Positions 39,759 through 51,419 of a stretch of DNA of 64,000 bases are shown piece by piece. Each line of letters opens with the position of its first letter. Position 1 is the stretch's first letter. The notes beneath the pieces were generated by a model. It did no database searches, had not been told where the DNA came from, and saw nothing but the letters and a program-made list of their open reading frames with translations. Source of the stretch: Octopus sinensis (lineage: Eukaryota); NCBI RefSeq assembly GCF_006345805.1, contig NC_043000.1:19840001-19904000 (forward strand), read 5' to 3'. The translations under genes and the position numbers were made by a program.

Positions 39759-40250
39759 GCGCAGGAGTGGCTGTGTGGTAAGTAGCTTGCTTACCAACCA
39801 CATGGTTCCGGGTTCATTCCCACTGCATGGCACCTTGGGCAAGTGTCTTCTACTATAGCCTTGGACCGACTAAAGCCTTGTGAGTGAATTTGGTAGACAG
39901 AAACTGAAAGAAGCCCGTCGTATATATGTATATATATATATATATGTATGTGCGTATGTATATGTTTGTGTGTCCGTGTTTGTCCCTCCAGCATCAGTTG
40001 TCAAACAATGTTGGAGGGACAAACACAGACACACAAACATATACAAACACATACACATATATATATTGACAACCGATGCTGGTTTGTTTACGTCCCCTTA
40101 ACTTAGCGGTTTGGCAAAAGAGACCAATAGAATAAGTACTAGGCTTACAAAGAATTAGTCCTGGGGTCAGTTTGCTCGACTAAAGGCGATGCTCCAGCAT
40201 GGCCACAGTCAAATGACTGAAACAAGTAAAAAGAGTAAAAGTGTAAAGCA
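39759..40250 (+). mobile_element. Full-length tRNA/CORE-type SINE (OR-like) with an internal inverted duplication
   Basis: Head gcgcaggagtggctgtgtggtaag...ggttcattcc, CORE-like block, 3' part as in the 22887 copy. 39988-40065 is an inverted copy of the flanking sequence. Confidence 0.9.
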
Positions 40251-40811
40251 ATTGCATGACCCCAAAAAATGAAAGGCAATTTTGATTTCAGTGGCATTTG
40301 AACTCAGAACATAAAGCCAGAAAAACTGCTACAAAGGATTTTGCCTGCATAGTAACAATTCTTCCAGCTCACCATACTCCATACACCTAATAATAACTAC
40401 TAGATAGCCTTGACCTATGCCTGTCTTTGGATGATGACATAGCAAGTAATGAATAAAAACAATTACGTGAAATGAATACAAAATAATAGTGGTCATCATC
40501 ATGAGAATAATGAAGATGGTGACAATGTTCATTATTATAGTAATAAAAATGATGTTCATCAATATAATAATAATGATGATGATAATGGTTTCAAATTTTG
40601 GCACAAGGCCAGGAATTTGAGGGGAGGGTGCTAGTTGAGTACAATGACCCCAGCGTTCAACTGATACTTAATTAATTGAGCTCCGAAAGGATGAAAGGCA
40701 AAGTCAACCTCGGCGGAATTTGAACCCGGAACAAGCAGACAGACAAATGATGATGATGATGATGATGATGATGATGTGATGATGTGATGATATGATGATG
40801 TGATGATGATG

Positions 40812-40872
<61 letters not shown>

Positions 40873-40882
40873 CAACAACAAC

Positions 40883-41000
40883 AAAGAATTTGACAAACTA
40901 AGTAAATATAAGGACCTCCCCAAGCTTTCACTTGCCCCAGGACACTGGGTGTGTCTCGGCAAGTGACTGTAACAAACATGCAGATTAAAAGTAAAAAATA
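40883..41000 (+). mobile_element. Mini R4/Dong-type element (internally deleted) at an (AAT)n/(AAC)n tract
   Basis: Encodes KEFDKLSKYKDL (compare KLSKYKDLEIE at 45476), fused directly to a 3'-end stem-loop and followed by taataatgataataa. Confidence 0.7.
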
Positions 41001-41136
41001 TTAATAATGATAATAATTTACATTGGTTTCCGTAATCATAGTAACAACAATAATGACATGTTGCATTGGTCAAAGAGTATAGTAAGATGAATCAACTTCC
41101 AGAATGTGACCAATGCACATTTGACTTGCTCTAGAG

Positions 41137-41504
41137 CAGTGGCTCTCAACCTTTTTTACTTATGGACCCTTTAATTACAATTTTATTCTGGTGGACCCCA
41201 TAGCCATTTGATGTTTAAAAACTAGTTTTAGAGATGCTTCTTTCAAACTTCCTATTTCGTTTTTCACCCATTTACTTGTGTAGGTTTGCAATAGTTCTCT
41301 CTTTGTAAACATGTTTCAGTAGCTGAAAATATGTTGAACTATGTTAAGTGTTAGAGAAAGGCACCAAGATGTTTCTTGCAATAAATACATCTGAAGCAAA
41401 GTTTTTTCCACTGAACCCCTAAAATACAACCATGGGTCCCCAATTTACTGTTTTGCTTGTGTAGACCTGCCAGGGGTCATGTGGAACCAAGTTGAGAACC
41501 ACTG
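41137..41504. mobile_element. hAT (Charlie-like) MITE
   Basis: TIRs cagtggctctcaac / gttgagaaccactg and a perfect 8-bp TSD CTCTAGAG (41129-41136, 41505-41512). Confidence 0.93.
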
Positions 41505-42838
41505 CTCTAGAGGAATGAATTTCAATGTTTAACCAGGCTAAGTTTGACTCAGAATACAGAGGAACAAAACAAAAAATACTGAAAGGCATTAAAACTACTA
41601 ATAATAAAGATGTATAACTTTGGTATATGACCACATATTGGTGGAAGGTGGCACAGTCAGTCAATTAAATCCTTTTCTTTTATACACACTGGACAAAAGA
41701 AAGCTGACATTTACCATATTGTGAAATCACTTTCGACAACAACAATAATTTACTGACCCAGGTGAGATTTGAACTCAGATTGTAAAACAATATCATTAAA
41801 TAGAACAAAGTACTCTAAAAATTCTTTAGTAGTAATAATTATTTCAAATTTTTGCCATAAGGGCAGCTGGAGGGAGGTGGGGATGAATCAATTACATTGA
41901 CCCCAGTGTTCAACTGGTACTTATTTTATCGACCCTGAAAAGATGAAAGGCAAAGTTCAACCTCGGCGGAATTTAGATTCAGAAGATAGCAACAGGTGAA
42001 ATACCGCTAAGCATTTCATCCAGCATGCTAACAATTCTGCCAGCTCACCACTTTAACTTTAGTAGTAATAGTGATTGCTAGCAGAGACATAAAACCACAC
42101 ATTTTGAATGCCGTTATAGTTGATGATATTGACACCAGTACTTCATTGGCCTCTGAATGAGGGGAAATATATTCAACCAGGAATTTAAATAAGAAAGAAT
42201 TCAGCTAAATACCACAAGCTGTTTTGCTCACGATTATAGCAATTATATCATTCACACACGCTACTTTGAACAACAATAATAATGATTTCTAATGTAGATA
42301 CACAACTGCCACAAATTTTAATGATCATGTTATTTGACTGGTGTTTATTTATTAACCTCAGGAGGATCACAAAAAAATTTTAGCTTCCTATAAATTTAAT
42401 TCAGAATGTAAAGGGATTTTACAAGGTAATTAAGTTCATCACTCCACCAAATCTGCCATTAACCACCAACACCATCTTCAATGATAATCATTGTCATCAT
42501 CATAATTTTTTAGCACCCACTTTTCCATACTTACATTGGTCAGACAGAATTTGAGGTGAATTTTCCACAGCCAGATGCCATTTTCTGTTGCCAACCCTCA
42601 TCTATTACCAAATAAGGTAATATTTCCCCCATGATCAGACATGTTTACACAGAAGATTGGAAATAAAAGACACTGCTTGCATGATGACACTCATTTACAA
42701 CTATCACACAATGCCAAAGCAAGGAGACAAAAACACAAATAACACACACATATACACAAGGCTTTGGTCAGCCTAGGGCTATAGCAGAAGGCACTTGACC
42801 AAGGGGTCATGCAGGAACCATGTGATTGGGAAGCAAAC

Positions 42839-42878
<40 letters not shown>

Positions 42879-42880
<2 letters not shown>

Positions 42881-43400
42881 GTTTCAAATTTTGGTACAAG
42901 GCCAGCAATTTCAAGGGAAGGGGTAAGTTGATTACATCAACCCCAGTGCTCAACTGGTACTTATTTATCAACCCCGAAAGGATGAAAGGCAAAGTCGGCC
43001 TTGGTGGAATTTGAATTCAGAACATAAAGATGGATGAAATGCCACTAAACATTTTATCTGGTATTCTAACAATTCTACCAGGTTGCCACCTGAATAATAA
43101 TAATAATAATAATATAATAATAATAATAATAATAATAACGATAATGATAACCCTTTCTACTATAGACACAATGCCTGAAATTTGAAGGGAGGGGATTATT
43201 CGATAACATCGACCCCAGTGTTCAACTGGTACTCATTTTATTGACCCCCAAAAGGATGAAAGGTAAAGCTAACCTTGGTAGAATTTGAACTCAGAACATA
43301 AAGATGAATGAAATGCCGGTAAGTATTTTGCCTGGCATGCTGACAGTTCTGCTTGCTGCTTTAATAATAATAATAAATAATAATAATAATAATAATAAAC
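42879..43400 (-). mobile_element. Two tandem tRNA-SINEs punctuated by (AAT)n
   Basis: (AAT)n 42841-42878, SINE to 43094, (AAT)n 43095-43137, SINE 43150-43362, (AAT)n 43363-43397. Confidence 0.88.
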
Positions 43401-43533
43401 ACCTAGTTTAGTACAGCTCCAGAAAACAGTGTTATTACGGACAGCTACAATACTTGGCATCTAAGTTTACTTGCTGTAGCCCGATTTTAGGAATTTTTCT
43501 TTTCCAACAGTCTAAACTGTTATGCATATATAA

Positions 43534-43596
<63 letters not shown>

Positions 43597-43984
43597 TTTT
43601 AAAACTGATAGATTTGTATGGCATGATAATATACTAAAACTATGCCCCTGAACATCTTACAAATATACAGAAGATGAAACCTCGTAAGTGGAGATTATTC
43701 TATTTCAGCAGTGTAAATCAGGGAAACCACACTCATTCCCAAACCCCTTATTCTTGTCAGTTCTGAGCTCAGTTGTACTTTGGGAAGAAGGATTGGCAGG
43801 AAATATGAAAGTGTAACAAACGGGTAGGGTTTCAAGTTGTATTACTGTCATCTGAGTAACACAGTTGAAATAACTGGTTGATGAGACAGATAAAAACTGG
43901 CGTTCACTTGAGAAACTATCATGGTTAATAAACTGAGAATGTATAGTAGCAACAGTGCTACATGGAACAGGTTAATTACAGGTG

Positions 43985-44423
43985 TGTAGAAGATAGAGAG
44001 AGACAGATGAGGCAGGAAGGGGAGAGATATGGCAATGAAGGGTTTAAGAGCCAATGAGAGAGAGAAAGACTAGAGAAAGGTGAAAAATTAAAAACGAGGA
44101 AAAGAAAAGGTAATAAAGAATAAATAGAAGACAGAGAGAGTAGAGAAAAGGACAGAATAAATGAAAGAGAATCATAGAGGTGAGTAAAGAAAGAAGGAAA
44201 GAAATAACAGAAAAGCAAATAACAGAGAGCAAATGATAGAGAAACAAAGAGTAAGTGACAAAGAGCTATAGAGAGTGAAATGACAGAGAATGAGAGAGAG
44301 AGAGAGAGAGAGAAATATATAATAAATAGTAAAGGAAGTATCAAGAAGTAAATTATAGATAATAACTTATAGAGAGGGTGACAAATAATAGCAAATGGTT
44401 CAGGAAAAGATATATATATATAT

Positions 44424-44511
<88 letters not shown>

Positions 44512-44686
44512 ATGACAGAGAGTAATGACAGAGAGACAGAGCAATTGACTGAGTAACAGAAAGAAATAAATGCTGAGCAATAAAGACTGAATGATATAAA
44601 TATAAATATCAATAGATAGAGAGGGGGGAAGGAAGGAAGGAAGGAAGGAAGGAAGGAAGAAAGAAAGAAAGAAAGAAAGGAAGAAA

Positions 44687-44732
<46 letters not shown>

Positions 44733-44765
44733 AGAAAGAAAGAAGAAAGAAAGAAAGAAAGAAAA
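43985..44765. repeat. Long purine-rich low-complexity region with (GA)n, (GACA)n, (CA)n, (GGAA)n and (GAAA)n
   Basis: Visible directly. The + strand is strongly A/G-biased over about 780 nt. Confidence 0.93.
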
Positions 44766-45405
44766 ATTAATTGCAATGAGAGAATGGGCAAGATACTGTT
44801 AGGAAAATATGTTGTTCCCACCACTGTGAATGTCAAAGAAGATTGATAAGTTGCCTGAGACACTAACCAGATAATTGCAAAGACAAGGAAATTATAGTAA
44901 GAATTCATAAAATAAAGCAGGAAGAATCACACTAGGTGTTTTTAGCTATATATTAATAACCATCAATGGTGGTGGCCATTACTTCTTATTCACTACCAAT
45001 AATACAATTAAATCATTAAATTGGACTTGCTTGCAAGTAGCCAGACAATAATAATTTCCTTCGACAACCACAATGATGATAATAATAGCAGCACCAGCAG
45101 TACCAGCGATATCAGCACCAGCAGCAATAACTGCAGTAATAGTTATTGTTGTTTTCTAATAATAGTAATGTAATCGTAATAATGATTTCTAGTAGAGGCA
45201 CAGGCCAGCCATAAGTATTGGAGAAGAATATAGACTGTCGTATTAAACTGGTATGTTTCTTTATGGACCATGGGAGAATAAAAGGCAAAAATCAAGTTTG
45301 GCAGGATTTGAACTCAAAAACGTAAAAGGAAAGGTAATGCCTCATGGTATTTTTTTTTTTTTTGCTGCTCTTCTGATGTTGCCATCTACTGCCCTAATAA
45401 TAATG

Positions 45406-45441
<36 letters not shown>

Positions 45442-45469
45442 TAATAATAATAATATAATAATAATAATA

Positions 45470-45886
45470 TACCAAAAACTGAGCAAATATAAAGATCTTG
45501 AAATAGAAATCAGCAAAATGTGGAACCTGAAGACTAAAACAATACCTGTTGTCATAGGTGCCCTGGGAATGATAGCGAAAGGGGCTGATTGCTACCTAAC
45601 TCAGATACCAGGAAATCCCAAAATGGTAGAAATTCAAAAGATAGTGCTCATGAGAACTGCTCATATCCTACACAAAATACTCTCTATGTAATCCCAAGGT
45701 TTAAAACAAACTTTTTTTTTTTAATTTATGTATTAGACATTCACTAGTACAACACCAAAAAAAAATATATATATATATGGCACACTAGGCATAACAACAA
45801 CGTGAACTTCCAACCTGTTGTCTCTTGAGGTCTCTGGGTGAGACTTGGAGCCAACTTGTACAGACATAAAGCTAAAGTCAAACATA

Positions 45887-45887
<1 letters not shown>
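45470..45887 (+). mobile_element. 5'-truncated R4/Dong-clade non-LTR element (RLE C-terminus and 3'UTR) embedded in (TAA)n
   Basis: KLSKYKDLEIEISKMWNLKTKTIPVVIGALGMIAKG...KIVLMRTAHILHKILSM*, flanked on both sides by (AAT)n (45395-45468, 45888-45938). Confidence 0.85.
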
Positions 45888-45924
<37 letters not shown>

Positions 45925-45962
45925 TAATAATAATAATGATGATGATGATGATGATGATGATG

Positions 45963-48660
45963 ATAAGAGCACCAGCCTTGACGGACGTGTTCTTTGCTGC
46001 TCTGACCAGTCAGCAGCTGAAGACATAGAAACACTAATACAACCCAGCAGGACAACTGAAAAATAACTCTCAAAGACTGGAATATCTACAATTTCCTGTG
46101 AGTATTTTAAATTTCCCTCTAAATAAGTTAAACTTATATATCTACAGAGGAAATGATGAAAATACAGTTCCTGCTGATAAAAGTAATCTCATAGCAGAAA
46201 ACAGTGGTGAAATCTCTAATAAACCACAGGAAAGGAACAGTGATAACTTGCTCGATGAGAGACATATATATGGTCTGGAAGAAGACAGTAAAACTAATGG
46301 TGACATGACAGATGGGCAGAAGGCAATCTACGACAGAATAAAGGCAAGGCTACAGAAGAATGATAGTGACACTATTTGCAACCTTATAAAGTTTGATTGG
46401 TGGAAATTGAAACAAGAAACGAAAAATGTGAATGAAATTCTGAAATACATCAGAACAAAACATCACAGAATCAAACAATTTGATCAAGGCAGCAAGTATT
46501 GTCATAGCAAAAAATGTGGGTGTTGATGTCAAGAAAAAGAAATATAATGGGAGTGACAAAAGAAAAGATCCAAGGTGGAAAAGAAGAATACAGACAGGGT
46601 TAGATATGCTCTCAACAGACATTTCTGTGTTAGACTGAAAAGAGAAGGGGAACATAAATGCGAACAAAAATATAGGGCACTGAACAGGAAGTATAATATT
46701 GAAAGAAATGGCCTGAAAGTGGTAATGGTGGAACTGAAACAGTGCCTCATTGCAAAGAAAGCAAAGATGGCAAGATACGCCCAAAGAATGAAGGAATACC
46801 AGAAGAATAGGTTATTCAAAGTAGATCAGAAGAGATTCTACAAAGAAATAAATGGAGAGTGTACAAATGAAAAGTTGATACCAGGTAACATGTGACATCT
46901 GGAGCAAAGACAAGGAGCCAAGAAGGATGCTAAATGGTTGCAAGAACTGAAACAAACAGTAGTCTGTCCAAACAGGCAGAACTAGACATTTCAGTTAGGG
47001 AAGTGAAGGAAATCCGCAAAAAAATGGGCAACTGGAAAACCCTGGGACCAGATGGAGTTCAAGGCTACTGGATCAAAAGATTTAGTGAATGTCATGCACG
47101 AATAGCTGCGCAACTCAATACCTTGTTAAATGCCAACCAAGTAACACCAGAGTGATTGACATTAGATAGGACAGTGCTGTGCTTGAAAACCATCGAAAAA
47201 GGCAATACGGTAGACAATTACAGGCCAATATCCTGTCTGCCACTTATGTGGAAGTTATTGGCTGGAATAGTCACAGAGTCAATGTACGGACATCTGGAAA
47301 AAAATGGAGTCCTGCCACATGGGGGTTGCAAGCATAAGTGCAGAGGTACCAAAGATCAACTCCTGGTAGACAAAACTGTACTTAGAGACTGCAAGAGGAG
47401 GAAAACTAACTTAGCCATGTCATGGATCAATTATTGTAAGGCATACAATATGATCCCACATTCTTGGATTATGAAATGTATGAACCTATTTGGTATTGCA
47501 TCGAATGATTGCTTGGAAAAAGCATGGTGAATCAGAGGATGGAACTGACAGCATATGGAAGAAGTTTAGGAACGATAGAAATTAGGAGAGGCATCTTCCA
47601 AGGGGACTGCCTGTCCCCACTGATCTTTGTACTGTGCATGATACCACTAACACTGATTCTGAGGAAAGCAAAGGCTGGGTATGTATTCAAAAGCTGCCAA
47701 CAAAGTCAACCATTTGTTATTCATGGATGACCTCAAACTTTATGGTAAAGATGAATCCCAAGTCAGTTCCCTCGTTGATACAGTGTATACTTTCAGAGCT
47801 GATGTCTGCATGGAGTTCAGACTGAAAAAGTGTAGTGTGTTAGTCTTGAAGAGAGGCAAAATCAAATGTATGGACGGGCTAGCAATACCATCGGGGGAGG
47901 TTATGAAGCAGATAGAAGAGAGAGGCTATAAGTACTTGAGTATATTGGAAATAGATAAATTGATGGAGAAAGTAATGACAGAAAAATTTCAGGTGGAGTA
48001 CTTGCGCAGACTGAGACTGATCCTTAAGTTAAAATTAAAAGAAAGGAATAAGATTGAAGCTATCACTCCTTAGATATGGAACAGGGGTAAGCAAATGGAC
48101 AGTAGATGAACTAAACAGCTTAGACAGACAGACAAGGAAGTTACTGACTAGATATGGGATACTCCAACCAAAAAGTGACACAGACAGACTGTATGTATCA
48201 AGAAAAAGAGGGGGAAGAGGACTGATTGGATGTGAACACAACATTAGAGCAGAAGAAAACAATACAGCGTGGTATGTAAAAAATGCCACAGAAATGCTAT
48301 TATTGGAAGTAAGACGGTCAGGGTTCTGTAGGATGGAAGATTGCAAAGATAAAGCACTGTACAAGCACTTGAGAATGAACGAAACTGAAAATAGGTGTAT
48401 AAAGAAAAGAATGCATAGACAATTTCATAGGGATGTTGAAGATAAGACAGACAGAGAAAAAAGATGGCTAGAGATGGCTAAAAGTGATTTAAAACCAGAA
48501 ACAGAGGTTCTAATCAGTGCTGCCCAAGAGCAAGTATTAACAACTAATTACATCAAATACAGAATAGACAATACATCAGAAAGTGACAAGTGCAGAATTT
48601 GTAGACAAAATGGTGAAACCATGTGGCATATTACCAGTCAATGTATGCCACGTAGCTCTT
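45963..48660 (+). mobile_element. R4/Dong-clade non-LTR retrotransposon pseudogene (RT and CCHC knuckle), 3'-truncated
   Basis: Frameshifted ORFs: [88 protein letters not shown]. Confidence 0.9.
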
Positions 48661-48669
48661 ATTCTAAGA

Positions 48670-49300
48670 ATGTCTTTGTTGCCTTCTGATTTCCTGCCTC
48701 ATGACTAGTAGTCACCTGACATATCTCCTGGTGAGTATGTAATCTATTTGGCATGTAAGCCTGCATGATTAGCAGGTTTCCTGAAATTAAGTTTTGCAAA
48801 TGGTTAGGTCTTTTGTGTCAGAGCTCAGGGAGCTCCCACATACATCACAGAACCATCTGACATAATAAGGTCACTATTATTTAATAACAAGATAGTTTAG
48901 AAGAGGACCTCATGAAAATAATCCTTTTGTTCATCTGCCAATTTTGACTGTCACACTATTGTGATGCTCATGATTAGTCTAAACTGAATTATTCTATCAG
49001 TCAATCTGACTACTTTCATTACCAACAATATACCTACTCCACTCATTCCATCACTGCTACCCATCCTGAAAATTTTGTATCTTGGGTGATATCTAGCTAA
49101 GACATCCCTTCATTTTGTTTCTTGTACACATCATACATCCACTCAAATCTGCTCTAGCATCACTGCAATCCCTCCAGACTTACCTTTCATGTTGCTGACA
49201 TTACTGCTGGAAGCTTTAGTGTTTTAAACAAGACAAGATGAGGAGTGAGGTATCTGGTTGGTGGGCAGGTAACTTGATGTTTGTTTACGGCATCAAAAAC
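48670..49300 (-). mobile_element. RTE AP-endonuclease fragment abutting the R4 3' break
   Basis: Minus frames: GMSGVGILL...DRII...ITYSPG...DY, with stops. Confidence 0.55.
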
Positions 49301-49673
49301 CAAAGTGAGTTTGTGAAATTGCTTGACAGATGTCATTGGCCTTATACACATGGCCAGGTGTTACCACATAATGAATTATTTCCACAAATCACTAATCACC
49401 CATAGAACCAATATACAGAGCAAAAAGTTGTCCAGGGACACTGATAGACCTCAATTCAAAACAAAAGAGAGGTTACCTTTCAATAATTATAGAATAATGT
49501 AGGCAGATACACTTTGTAATGTGGTTGGCATTAGGAAGGGCAATGACCTGTAGAAACCATGTCAAAGCAAACACTGGAGTTTGGTGCAGCCCTCTGGCTC
49601 TTTTGTTCCTGTTGAACCATCCAACCCATGCTAGTATGGAAGAATGGACATTAATTGATGATGATGATGATGT

Positions 49674-49709
<36 letters not shown>

Positions 49710-50312
49710 GAAGAGGGCTTTATGATTTGGTTTCCTGGGAATTGGTAGTGGAATAGGTATGATGGATACACCATATGTTTTTCCTACAGATGAATAATCT
49801 TTGTTCTCTTAAATGGAATCTTTTGCAAAAGGGATAGACATGATAACAAAAATAATTTAGCAGCATCAGAGATCACACATTATACAGTTATAATATAGGA
49901 AGCATTATAGATTAAAGACAATCCCTTATATTAGTGATCATTTCACTTCAAGTTATGAAAATATACAAAAATATAGGTAAGAGTATATGTATGTAGGTGG
50001 CTATAAATGTATGTCATCACCATCATCATCATCATTTAATGTCCATCTTCTATTTTAGCAGGAATGGTTTGGCAGGATTAAATGAGTGAGTGGACTGCAT
50101 TGAGCTCCGATGTCTCCTCAGGCATGATTTCAACAGCTAGTTGCCCTTCCTAATGCCAACCACTTTACAAAGTCTACTGGGTGCTTTTTTTTATGTCACC
50201 AACACTAGTGAGGCTGCCAAGTAACTCACAACACAAACAAAAAGCCTTCCTAGTTGAGCAGGGTTGTAGTAGAGAGGAAAATGGCTTTGTGCCAGGTGTT
50301 GAGAGGCTAAAA

Positions 50313-50599
50313 CAGTAATTCTCAATCAGGATCCCTTGGCTAAAACAGTAGTTCTCAATCAGGGTCCCATATGACCCTTGGAGGTCCATACAAGATTTTG
50401 TTGTTAAAATTTATGAATAATAAATTGGTTATACTTCTACAATAAACAAAATATCATAATGTTTTTATGCAATTCCTGGTAACATCTAGTCATAAAAATA
50501 TAAAAAAGATTTTTTAAACATCAAATGACTATGAGGGTCCACCTAGGCAAAATATTAATCAAAAAGGTCCATAAGTAAAAAAAATGGTAAGAACCTTTG
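50313..50599. mobile_element. hAT MITE of the 41137 family (opposite orientation) with a duplicated left end
   Basis: ggctaaaa-cagtaattctcaatcagg appears twice (50305 and 50338). The right end is aagaacctttg followed by ggctgaaa (a near-TSD). Confidence 0.7.
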
Positions 50600-50945
50600 G
50601 GCTGAAATATGAGGAAATACAAGGCTACATTGCATTATATAAAGGTAGCTGGGAGTAGCTGAAAAGAAGACAAAGATGGTGGAGAAAAGGTATCAGAATA
50701 TACTTCCTGAGTACAAGGAGCAACAGAAAATACTCCCAGAGTACTAGAGAGAAACCAGCAAAAGATCAATAAGAATGGGAAAGTTCATATGAATGTGAAA
50801 GGAGAGAAAGAGAGATGGTCAGAGATAGGAGTAGAGCTGAATGTAGAGAATGATGGACAAGGATGGAAGCATGGTCAATGATATAAATATCAATATGGGA
50901 GGGAATGTCAAAAAACAAGCAGGATGAGATGATAAAAAGTACAAG

Positions 50946-50994
<49 letters not shown>

Positions 50995-51419
50995 TGCACA
51001 TGTATGTGTGAGTGCATGCACACACATACACAATTCAAAATGACAGTGATTTATTTCACCTCCTGTGTATAAGAAGAGATGAGCCTAAATTCAATGTAAA
51101 CAAATTGCCAACATGAATTTGAATGTATGTTTTTCATGTAGATGAGAAATCTCTCTTTTCCCTAATGGAATCTTTTACAAAAAGGTCAAATGCAACAACA
51201 AAAGTAATCTTGAATCATTAAGAGAAAGAATAACATATTCACCAACACCAACTAATAACCCCACAAAAAACACTAGGAAAAGAAATTCTATATTGTGTAA
51301 AAACCAGTGTTGCAAAACATTTCTTCTCCCTAATCAGAAACAGTATACTGTATCTCTCTCTCCATTGTGTATTGTGTGATAATGTTATCTAGCAATACAC
51401 CCCAAAGAGATAAAGTATA

